A stretch of 64,000 nt of DNA from an uncultured Planctomycetota bacterium (lineage in GTDB: Bacteria; Planctomycetota; Planctomycetia; Isosphaerales; Isosphaeraceae), in contig CAWJTV010000029.1 in NCBI GenBank assembly GCA_963845755.1, positions 32,001 to 96,000 on the forward strand. The letters are read 5' to 3'. Position numbers and translations under genes: made by a program. This document shows positions 43,784 through 52,277 of the stretch, piece by piece. The first letter of the stretch is position 1; each line of letters opens with the position of its first letter. The notes below the pieces were generated by a model that was given only the letters and a program-made list of their open reading frames with translations, searched no databases and was not told the origin of the DNA.

Positions 43784-44297
43784 CTAACGCGGCCTTTGGC
43801 CGCAACCCAGGAGGGATTCCCGATTCGCGATCCCGGATTCCCGAAGGGGAATGATCCGGGAATCGGGAATCTCGAATCCGGAATCCGGAATCCCCAGAGG
43901 CGCGCAGGGCGCAGGGATCCTACGGAGGACGACTCTGACGCGGCCTTGGAATGCCGACGAAATAACTTCCCGGATTCCGGAGGTACTTAGTGACTATCTC
44001 GGAAGGTCTTTGTAGGGTGCTCTGTGAGCACCGATCCGGTGTACTTTGCCGAATTCGGTGCTCACAGAGCACCCTACGAGACGGCCATTGAGGCTTCCAG
44101 GACAGACTCGTACTTACCAGCGGGTTTTCGGGAAGTTGTTTCGTCAGCGGTCCTCGGCCGCAACCCAGGAGGGATTCCCGATTCGCGATCCCGGATTCCC
44201 GAAGGGGAATGATTCCGGAATCGGGAATCTCGAATCCGGAATCCGGAATCGCCAGATGGGCGCACGGCGATGGGACCCTACGGAGGAAGACTCTAAC
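43784..44297 (+). repeat. Two more copies of the 37868-type element (D 43784-43934; E 43935-44292, interrupted)
   Basis: Same start and end motifs and heptamer hairpin as copies A/B. Copy E is split in its first hairpin loop by a 206-bp insert. Confidence 0.85.
43948..44153. mobile_element. MITE with 25-bp terminal inverted repeats containing a GTAG-type REP doublet
   Basis: TIRs GGAATGCCGACGAAATAACTTCCCG (43948-43972) and the reverse complement GGACCGCTGACGAAACAACTTCCCG (44129-44153). Perfect 23-bp IR GTAGGGTGCTCTGTGAGCACCGA at 44012-44077. Confidence 0.75.
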
Positions 44298-44310
44298 GAC
44301 GGAGACTCCA

Positions 44311-45321
44311 GTGGCCAGAGAAACCGACCGATACAGCAGGCGGGAGATCCTTCGAGCCATCGGCGCCGCGACCGTGCTCGGTGGGATCGCCCGCGGGGAT
44401 GAGCCCGAGAAGTCCGTCCCCGAGCAGATCGTGGACACGATGAACGCGCTGTTCGGCAAGCATCCCGGGTTCCGGGCCGCCCATGCCAAGGGCATCGTGT
44501 GTGAGGGAGAGTTCACACCCGCCGCTTCGGCCGCCACGCTGTCCAAGGCCCCTCACCTCCAGGGCCGGCCGGTCAAGGTGTCGGTCCGCTTCTCCGACAG
44601 CACCGGCATCCCCGACATCCCGGACGGAGTGCCCGACGCCGGCCCACGCGGAATGGCCGTCCGCTTCCATCTCCCCGACGGCGCCATCACCGACATCGTG
44701 ACCAACGCTTTCAATGGCTTCCCGGTCTCCACCGGCGAGGATTTCCTGGCCTTCCTCAAGGCCGTCGCCGCGTCCGGCAAGGACGCGCCGAAGCCGACTC
44801 CGGTGGAGAAGTTCCTGGCGTCGCACCCCAAGGCGATGAAGGTCGTCACGGCGCCGAAGCCGGTCCCGGCCAGCTTCGCCACCGAGCCCTATTTCGGCAA
44901 CAACGCCTTCTCCTTTACCAACGCCGAGGGCAAATCCCGCTTCGGCCGCTACCAGCTCCGCCCGGAGGCCGGCTCGAAATTCCTGGGCGCCGAGGAGGCT
45001 GCCAAGAAACCGCCCAACTTCCTGATTGACGAGCTGGGCGAACGGCTGGCCGCGGGGCCGGCGAAGTTCCGCATCGTCGTGCAACTGGCGGGCGAGGGTG
45101 ACAAGGTGGACGACGCGACGGAGGTCTGGCCCGACAAGCGGCCCACCATCGAGCTCGGCGTCCTGTCGATCACCGGCAAGGTGGCCGACAATGACTCGGC
45201 CCAGCGCGCCCTGGCGTTCGACCCGCTAAACCTGGTCGACGGCATCGAGGCGTCCGACGACCCGTTGCTCGAGACGCGCTCGGCCGTATATGCGATCTCC
45301 AGGCGACGGAGGCGGACGTAG
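44311..45321 (+). CDS. Catalase-related peroxidase (SrpA-like), Tat-exported
   Basis: SRREIL twin-arginine-like leader, GKHPGFRAAHAKG, VRFS, RGMAVRF, FDP and GIEASDDPLLETRSAVY. Confidence 0.88.
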   Translation: MARETDRYSRREILRAIGAATVLGGIARGDEPEKSVPEQIVDTMNALFGKHPGFRAAHAKGIVCEGEFTPAASAATLSKAPHLQGRPVKVSVRFSDSTGIPDIPDGVPDAGPRGMAVRFHLPDGAITDIVTNAFNGFPVSTGEDFLAFLKAVAASGKDAPKPTPVEKFLASHPKAMKVVTAPKPVPASFATEPYFGNNAFSFTNAEGKSRFGRYQLRPEAGSKFLGAEEAAKKPPNFLIDELGERLAAGPAKFRIVVQLAGEGDKVDDATEVWPDKRPTIELGVLSITGKVADNDSAQRALAFDPLNLVDGIEASDDPLLETRSAVYAISRRRRRT

Positions 45322-45746
45322 CCTCGAGATGATCTTCCATCCGCCCGCAGACGTGTTCCGCGGGGGCGTACGTACCGACCCAGACGCCGACCAAACGTCT
45401 CCCAACGATGGCCAGCCATACTGCGTCGTTTGAAAGTTCTGTCCAGTCTATCTTCCAGCGGTTTTGCTGACGAATTCTCGGCCTGTATCTCATCCTTCGA
45501 GAAACCCGATCCACGTCAATGACCGTCTCAGTTCCGGCGATAATCAGTCGGAACGTAGTCAGCGTCATCGCACGGGGCTGAATACCGCGCGTCGGCGTCA
45601 TCGGACCGAATCGCGTAAGAGGACTTCCCAAGCGAAGTGACCGGTGCGGACAATACCGAGGGAAGGCGACCGCACGCTCGCTTCAGCGACTTGGTTCGTC
45701 TCCTGTGCGCAATCCATTTGCGAGAAAGTGACGGTGCTCGGCCGGC

Positions 45747-48700
45747 TCAGCTCGTCACCGTTAACGTCAAGCTGCCGCTGCCCCACACCGGCTTCAAGGA
45801 CCGATGGTCGGGCAATCCCAGACCGATCTCCGTGGTGAAGCCACCCGTGTACTCCGCGAAGGTCAAGATCTGGAAGGTGGTGCCGACGGCGGGGACGTAG
45901 TTGTCCAGCAGCGACACCACGAGCGTGCCATCGAGCGTGGCACGACCGGCAATCACGAGCCGGCCATACTGGTTGCTGCCGGCGATCTGGATGACCAGCA
46001 CGCCGGTGGCCGTCTGCGTGTAGTTGCCCAGGATGGTCAGCGTGCCCAAGGGGTCGCCTGGGACGATCAGCGCGGCGTTGATCACGTTGACCACAGAGTT
46101 ACTCGTCCCGCAGATCATGCCGGTCCCGTTGAGCGAGCCGCCGACGAGATCGACCGCGACGGCCTGGAGGATGCCGTCGACCGTGGTGGTCCCGCCCGAT
46201 TGGATGTAGGCGACGGTCCCCGTGTTGAACGCCGCCCCGCGGCCGACCGTCACCCGGCCGGCGTTGCTGAAGGGGTCCGGCGACACCACCACCAGGACGC
46301 CCCGTGAGGCGTCCTCCGCGATCGTGCCCTGATTGACGATGGCGGCGTTGGGCGACTCAATGAAGCTGTTCCGTCCGCCCTGGATCGTGATGCCCGGCCC
46401 GAAGGTCATGGTGCCATAGCTCGTATTTTGCAGGGTGTCCGCGCTCGTTTGGCCGAACAGGATGGTACCCGTGCCGCCGATGGTCTCGGGAGTGGAGTCG
46501 TCATCGCCGAGGTCAAGGACAGCCCCTGACCCTGTTAATGCGATGGTGCCGTTGAGGGTCAGTCCATTCAGTATCGTCGCCGTGGCGGCGGGGATGGACT
46601 GCATGTCGAGCGTGCCGTCCAGCGTCACGCCGTTGAGCGTGCCGCCCCCAATGGTGTATGGGCCGGAGTCATCGTAGTTGTAACTGTCATCGGTGGCGAT
46701 CAGCTCCTGCCGGCCCGTGGTCGTGATGGTCCCCCCGTCGATGACACCGGCGGACAGGTACAGGGAGCCGGTCGCGCCGTCCAGGACCAGGTTGCCGCCG
46801 GTGAGCGGGTTGTCGGCCGGGCTGTTGTCGATGGTCCCGACCAGGTTGACTGTGTACTGGGACAGGTCGAGGTTGACGCCGAGCTGGCGGAAGTGGTCCG
46901 CGAACTCGTCGGTGGTGAAGTAATCGCCCAGGTTGACCGTGGCGCCCTTGGCGATCGCCAGGGTGCCGGAATTGGACCAGATCAAACCCGGCGTGGGAGA
47001 ATAGTTGCCCTCAGTGACCGGGCTGCCCAGGCTGACGGACGAGGAGGCATCGACGAGGATCCGGCCGTCGTTGATCCAGTTGTCGTACAAGGCCAGCGAG
47101 CCGCCGTCGCGTGCCGTGATCGTACCGTCGTCGGCGTTGATCCACGGTGACCCAAGTCCAAGGAGCGCGGTCTCGAGGCTGATGACGCCGCCGTGGCTGG
47201 CCGTGATGGTGCCGTCGTTGACCAAGCCGCCGAGCTGCAGATCGCCGGGGGTGTTCTGCTCGATCGTGCCCCGGTTGTCGATTTCCCCGATGGTCCCCGG
47301 CTCGAAGCCGAAAATGAAACCGCCGTATGGACTCCCGCCAGCGATGGTGATCCCGGGGTCGATGGTCAACGTCTGCGTACCTACATTCGCCAGGAAGGAG
47401 TCAAGGCCGCTCAGGTGGATAGTGGCACTGCTGACGGCCGACCCGATGCCCACCGCCTGGGGGTTGCTGCCTTCGAACTCCAGATTGGCGTTGTAAGCGG
47501 AGAGGTCCAGGTCGGTGTTGAGGGTCAGCCCGTCAACGACAGTAACGGTATTATTTCCGCTCGACATGTCCAGGGTGCCATCCAGCGTCACGCCGTCCAG
47601 GAGATTAAACGCGTAGTTGAACAAATCGAGGACGTCGGGTGCACTAGACCAGTTGACGAGGGCGGCCCCTCCCGTGGTGGCGATGGCGCCTCCGTCGATG
47701 CGACCGCCGGCGAACGCCCAGCTTCCGGTGCTGCTGGTGACGCCCGGTGCCAGTGCCAGGGTATGCCCGGCATTGTCCAGAGTGCCAATCAGGTTGACGG
47801 CGTCGGTGCCCAGGTTGAGCGAACCGAGGTTGGTGCCGGTGTCGGTGAGCCAGCCGCCCAGCTCGACGGTGGCCTGGTTGGTCGTGATGGTGCCGTTGTT
47901 GACCCAGGCAGCGCCGGCGGCGCTCGGGTCGTCGACGCCCGCCGACCAGTAATCCCCCAGGATGAGGGTCGAGCCGCTGCCGGCCGTGATGGTTCCGTTG
48001 TTGGTCCAGTTGCCTGCCAATTGCAGCGTCCCGGACCCCTGCACTTGCACCGCGCCGTCGAGCACGCCCCCGTTCACGAGACCGATCGCCGAGTTGGGAA
48101 CGGTGATGGTCGTATTGGAAGTCACGGTGGCGTTCTGAAGCACTCCTGCCGCCAGGTTGACGACATCGCCGGGCTGGTCGACCTGGAATGTGCCCAGGGT
48201 GCCGGCGCCCGAAAGATCGAGGGTGCCGGAGTCGAGGTTCAGCGTTACATTCTGGGCGGTGACGCTCAGGCTGCCGATCGTGTCGTAGCTGGCGGACAAA
48301 CGGTTGATCGTCACGCCGCTGGTGTCGATGACGACGTTGTTGTTGGGACCGGGCAAGACGTTGCCGGGCACATGATCGACAAGAGACCAGTTGCCGGGAT
48401 CATTCCAGCTGTCATCGCCGGCAGCGCCGGTCCAGTAGACCGTGGTCGGGGTTGGGGGCGTGCTGTAGGCGGCGACGAGGTCCGGAACCAGGTACTGGGC
48501 GTTGGGAGTGCCAAGTCCCGTGACGAGGTCGTAGCCAGGCCCGGCGGGATAGTAGTTGTTGCCGCTGGTGATGTCGTGGAAGGCGTTCGGGTCGGTCTGG
48601 GCGATCTGGTAGACTGCGGGCAAGAGCTGGTTGGGACCGTCGAGGGTGCCCTCGCTCTTTGCCGCCCGCGCCTGGTCGGCGATCGCAACCAATGCGGACC

Positions 48701-49835
48701 ACTGCGGGGCGGCCATGCTGGTGCCGCCGGCCTGCGACCAACCGGGCGCAATGCCGAGGGAGGTGTTGTCGAGAGTGTCGTAAATGGGGACGCCGGTGCC
48801 GGGATCGGCGTCGTAGGCGACGTCCGGTACGGTGCGGTAGCCGCCCGAGGGATAGCCCTCGGCGGTCAAATCCGCCTGGATGCCGTCCTGGTAGGCCGGT
48901 TGCGTCTCAACCGTACTGATGCCGCCCCCGCTGGCAAGATAGGTTGCATTGGGATCGCTACCCTGGCTCCAGCCGATCTCCTGGGACCGGTCTGGATTCC
49001 CGTCCTGATCCGGGGGCAACGCCGTGCCGCCGACAGTGAACACATTGGGAGACGCCTGGGGCAAGAACAAGCCGATCTCTCCGGGGGACTGGAAAGCGCC
49101 GTAGTCCCCGCTGGCGGCCACAAAGGCGACGCCCTGGTGCCCGACCGGCGTGGTGTAGAGGCCGTCCTGCAGGTATTCGTCTTCCGCCGAGCCTGTGTAG
49201 GAGGCCGGCGCTTCGGCACCGGTAGAAAAACTCATGGAGACAACGCAGACGTTGGGCTGGCGCGCCGCGTACTGGATCGCCGTGTCCAGGTTGGCCCAGA
49301 CGAAATCGTCCGCTTGGACCAGCAGGATGTTGGCCCCCGGTGCGATCGCGTGGGCCCATTGGACGTCCAGGCTTTCCTCGAGGTCCCAGCTCGAGCCGGG
49401 GGCAGCGGCGGGCAGGGTGTTACCGCCGTGTTCGTTGACGATCTGGAGGAAGTTGGTGTTGGTGGGGTCACCGGCCGCTCCGCCGATGTTGAAGGTCTCG
49501 TCGAACTGCTGCACGTCGCTGCGGAGGTTCGGGTCGCCGTAGGCATCGACGATGGCGATCGTCTGCCCCTGGCCCGCCAGGTTGTCGTTCGAGAGGCCAG
49601 GGATTTGGTCGAAGCCATAGGCCTGCCGGAGCTGAGCCGGCGTGTAGCCGGTGGGGCCTGACGCTTGTTGCGGCTGTGCCAGGACCAGGTTGACGACGGC
49701 CCCGGGGCCCAAGGCGGGAGGCGCGGTGAGCAACCGGCGTTCTTCGAGTGGCTCGACGACCAGCCGGCGACGAGCGGCCTTGCGTACGGGCCGGGGCTTG
49801 CGTGTTCGAGACCAGGTGCGGAATCGAGAGAACAT
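45747..49835 (-). CDS. Secreted S53 (sedolisin-like) peptidase with long beta-helical passenger region
   Basis: VEPLEERRLL motif, GYTPAQLRQAYG, EESLDVQWAHAIAPGA (E-x3-D), ASGD, VPDVAYDAD, GGTSMAAP and GYDLVTGLGTP. Confidence 0.9.
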   Translation of the reverse strand: MFSRFRTWSRTRKPRPVRKAARRRLVVEPLEERRLLTAPPALGPGAVVNLVLAQPQQASGPTGYTPAQLRQAYGFDQIPGLSNDNLAGQGQTIAIVDAYGDPNLRSDVQQFDETFNIGGAAGDPTNTNFLQIVNEHGGNTLPAAAPGSSWDLEESLDVQWAHAIAPGANILLVQADDFVWANLDTAIQYAARQPNVCVVSMSFSTGAEAPASYTGSAEDEYLQDGLYTTPVGHQGVAFVAASGDYGAFQSPGEIGLFLPQASPNVFTVGGTALPPDQDGNPDRSQEIGWSQGSDPNATYLASGGGISTVETQPAYQDGIQADLTAEGYPSGGYRTVPDVAYDADPGTGVPIYDTLDNTSLGIAPGWSQAGGTSMAAPQWSALVAIADQARAAKSEGTLDGPNQLLPAVYQIAQTDPNAFHDITSGNNYYPAGPGYDLVTGLGTPNAQYLVPDLVAAYSTPPTPTTVYWTGAAGDDSWNDPGNWSLVDHVPGNVLPGPNNNVVIDTSGVTINRLSASYDTIGSLSVTAQNVTLNLDSGTLDLSGAGTLGTFQVDQPGDVVNLAAGVLQNATVTSNTTITVPNSAIGLVNGGVLDGAVQVQGSGTLQLAGNWTNNGTITAGSGSTLILGDYWSAGVDDPSAAGAAWVNNGTITTNQATVELGGWLTDTGTNLGSLNLGTDAVNLIGTLDNAGHTLALAPGVTSSTGSWAFAGGRIDGGAIATTGGAALVNWSSAPDVLDLFNYAFNLLDGVTLDGTLDMSSGNNTVTVVDGLTLNTDLDLSAYNANLEFEGSNPQAVGIGSAVSSATIHLSGLDSFLANVGTQTLTIDPGITIAGGSPYGGFIFGFEPGTIGEIDNRGTIEQNTPGDLQLGGLVNDGTITASHGGVISLETALLGLGSPWINADDGTITARDGGSLALYDNWINDGRILVDASSSVSLGSPVTEGNYSPTPGLIWSNSGTLAIAKGATVNLGDYFTTDEFADHFRQLGVNLDLSQYTVNLVGTIDNSPADNPLTGGNLVLDGATGSLYLSAGVIDGGTITTTGRQELIATDDSYNYDDSGPYTIGGGTLNGVTLDGTLDMQSIPAATATILNGLTLNGTIALTGSGAVLDLGDDDSTPETIGGTGTILFGQTSADTLQNTSYGTMTFGPGITIQGGRNSFIESPNAAIVNQGTIAEDASRGVLVVVSPDPFSNAGRVTVGRGAAFNTGTVAYIQSGGTTTVDGILQAVAVDLVGGSLNGTGMICGTSNSVVNVINAALIVPGDPLGTLTILGNYTQTATGVLVIQIAGSNQYGRLVIAGRATLDGTLVVSLLDNYVPAVGTTFQILTFAEYTGGFTTEIGLGLPDHRSLKPVWGSGSLTLTVTS

Positions 49836-49899
49836 GGTCAATCCCCTTTGGGGCGTGAGGTCGCATTGGAACAGAAAACCGGAATAAGCCCGTGGTAGG

Positions 49900-49927
49900 C
49901 TGAGTCCGTTGCGGCGCGAGGTTAGGA
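49900..49927 (-). other. Left half of an attC-like site (truncated by the IR)
   Basis: Minus strand TCCTAAC-CTCGCGCCGCAACGGAC; the gene stop codon lies inside the inverse core YYTAAC. Confidence 0.55.
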
Positions 49928-50436
49928 GGATTCCCACGGGCGGCGCGCAGCCGGTCCTCGCGGGCCGGTCCGGCGACCAACCGCATCACCCCGTGGCCCA
50001 CGAGCACGAGGACGACGTAGCTCGCGGAGATCGCCAGGACCGGAGCGATCCCCGGCCCGTAGCTGCCCCATTCCGGGAACTGCCTCATGTACCAGTAGTT
50101 TCGCAGCGGTCCGATGACTGCCACGACAACCAGGTCCACGGCCAGCCCCCGCCAGCCGAACCGGCGGGCGATCCGCCAGGTGACGAGGAAAATGAACGCC
50201 CAGAGCGTCGCGCCAATCAGCATCAGTGTCAGGAAGTACGGCCTCCATGGGATCGTAAAGTGCCACCACCCCACGCGCTCACCAAAGCCGACGATGCCCA
50301 GCATCACGACACCCGTCGCGGCCCCGCCGGCCAGGGCACCCGCGATGCGCCGTGGCGTCGCGCGAGTGAGGATGGCGACCACAACTGAGAGGACCAGGTA
50401 GAGGAAGTTAAACAGGTGGAGCTGCGTCGTGGTCAT
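49922..50436 (-). CDS. Small polytopic membrane protein (cassette gene; frameshift near its 3' end)
   Basis: MTTTQLHLFNFLYLVLSVVVAILTRATPRRIAGALAGG...; about 5 hydrophobic segments; GGAGG RBS; ends RRPWESS* in the adjacent frame. Confidence 0.75.
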
Positions 50437-50450
50437 GCCCCCTCCACTTC

Positions 50451-50583
50451 GCCTAAATCCTGCTTGTTCGGACATTTTGTGCATAAGATTACTTATACGT
50501 TCAGTTCAAGGTGAAATCAGCGTAAAATACGCTGATTCCGGCCCGTTAGCCTCGAAAAACCTCGTCGTATAATGAGCTTATGC
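50451..50583 (-). other. attI-like / tyrosine-recombinase-type site cluster
   Basis: Minus strand GTCCGAAC-AAGCA-G(GAT)TTAGGC just upstream of the cassette gene. Two inverted GCATAA-N5/6-TTATACG dyads (50481-50499 and 50566-50583) flank a perfect hairpin at 50515-50537. Confidence 0.5.
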
Positions 50584-50731
50584 TGGGTTTCTATTCCAAT
50601 GCTACTCACGTTCCTTTCACGAGTGAGCCTGCGATCGAATGCTGGAGCAGATCTCTGGGCGTGCCGATCAACCGCCAGGACCGGCTGCTTCGGTTCCCGC
50701 GGTTTCCGTGGCTGGCGACGCGCATCAACGA

Positions 50732-52106
50732 TCACGTCTCGATGTACGTCCCGAAGATATTGGGGTTGCTGGTGGAGGCGGTGTTGGAGATGACGTGGGC
50801 CAGCGTGAAGGCGTCAATGTAAACGGTCGTCCCCGTTGCAATGTACAGGCCGCCGCCCTCCCCCAGGGGGTCAGCGGGCCAGGGGTCGCCCGGGGCGTTC
50901 GAGCCCCCATAGGCATGATTGGTTGTTACGGTGACGCTGGTCAGAGTGACCGTACCGGCGGCAACCTCCAGCCCGCCCCCGAAACCGTTGCCGCCGGCCC
51001 CGCCGTTGGTGCTGCCGGGCCCACCCCCGCCGGGGGGGCTGCCGGTCCCACCGTTTCCGCCCTGAGTGGTATTGGAGGACAGTGCGGAGTTTGACACGCT
51101 GACCGTGCCGCCGCTCACCTGCAGCGCGCCCCCGAAACCGTTGCCGCCGTGGCCGCCATAGCCCGCCGATCCTGCGCCGCCTTGGCCCCCCTGGGCGACA
51201 TTGGAAGAAAGGGTGTTGGTGCTGAGTGTGACCGTGCCGCCAGCGACCTCGAGCGCGCCCCCGAACCCGTTGCCGCCGGTGCCGCCTGTACCCCCACTCG
51301 AGTATGTGCCGACGCCTTGGCCGCCCTGAGCCGTATTGGAGGACAGGGTCACGCTGGTCAGGGTGGCCGTTCCGCCGGCAACGTAGAGCCCGCCTCCGGA
51401 CCCGTTGCCGCCGCTCGGTGCCCGACCTTGCACCGCCATCAATCCGGCGCTACTACCACCGAGTGCCTGGTTGTTCTGAACCGTGGTGCTGCCTTCCAAC
51501 GTCAGCGAGGCGCTCGAGTAGATGCCGCCGCCGGCTGCGTTCTGACCGGCAGATGACCGGGTCGGTGGGGTGCCCTGCGCGATGTTGTTCTGCACGGTCA
51601 CGCCGTTGAGGGTCAGGGCACCCTGGTTATCAATCGCCCCGCCGTCGGCCGAGATCCCCGAGCCCGATGCCAACCCGCCTTGCAGCGTCATGTTCCCCAG
51701 CGTCAGCGATGCCCCGGCCGCCACGTCCAACAGCCGAAAGCTTGGCGTTCCCGAGGCCGTGCTCCGCTCAATGGTGTCGCCGCTGCCGACGATCGTCAGG
51801 GTGTCATTGGCGGCAATCACCGGCAGCGCCGTTGGCGCCGTCGGTGGAGTTGTTCACAGCCGTCAGGACATAGGGCGAAGTTGTCGGGGCCGTCAGGGTG
51901 ATGGTGTTGGACCCGCCGGCCGTGTTGGAGGCGGTGATGTCGGCGATCAGGACCGCCACGTTGGCGGCGGAGTAATTCGACAGCACCACGCGGTCGTCGA
52001 GGTGCTCCAGGAACAGGCGCGTGCCCCGGCGTGTCGTCCGCGGCTCCTGGCGCCGCCTCCAGGAGGGCACCGATTTCCACGACGCCAGTTAAGAATTGAA
52101 CCACAT
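50732..52106 (-). CDS. Secreted Gly-rich beta-helix repeat protein with LExR motif (frameshifted)
   Basis: LEHLDDRVVLS motif (ORF 51804-52070) joins ORF 50732-51820 with GG.G.GG.L.V.GG repeats. ATG at 52106 with AAGGAG RBS. Confidence 0.75.
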
Positions 52107-52277
52107 CGTCAGTCTCCTTTCCCGAGCCAGTCTGCGATCGAATGCCGGAAGTCGCCTGGCGCGCAGACTCGAGCGCCAGGGGCCGGCCGGGTCGGTGAAC
52201 TTTCTGCCTGACGGCCAGGGACTCACCGGCCGCATTGTTCCTGTTCCGCGCGTCCGCTCATCGTTTTCTGAGCGGGT

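Larger units (their letters stand above)
49850..50614. mobile_element. Non-autonomous Tn3-family miniature element carrying an integron-like cassette
   Basis: IRs of 39 and 38 bp: GGGGCGTGAGGTCGCATTGGAACAGAAAACCGGAATAAG (49850-49888) and the reverse complement GGAACGTGAGTAGCATTGGAATAGAAACCCAGCATAAG (50577-50614). CCTTT lies on both sides (49845-49849 and 50613-50617). Confidence 0.75.

Noticed and set aside
45170..45631. Minus-strand ORF between catalase and the S53 gene
   Set aside because: Overlaps the catalase 3' end, has atypical composition and no recognisable motif.
50476..50503. Chromosomal dif site
   Set aside because: It has the TAA-N6-TTA dyad, but the right arm is unlike the XerD consensus and it lies inside a mobile element with a second inverted copy; better read as an element recombination site.
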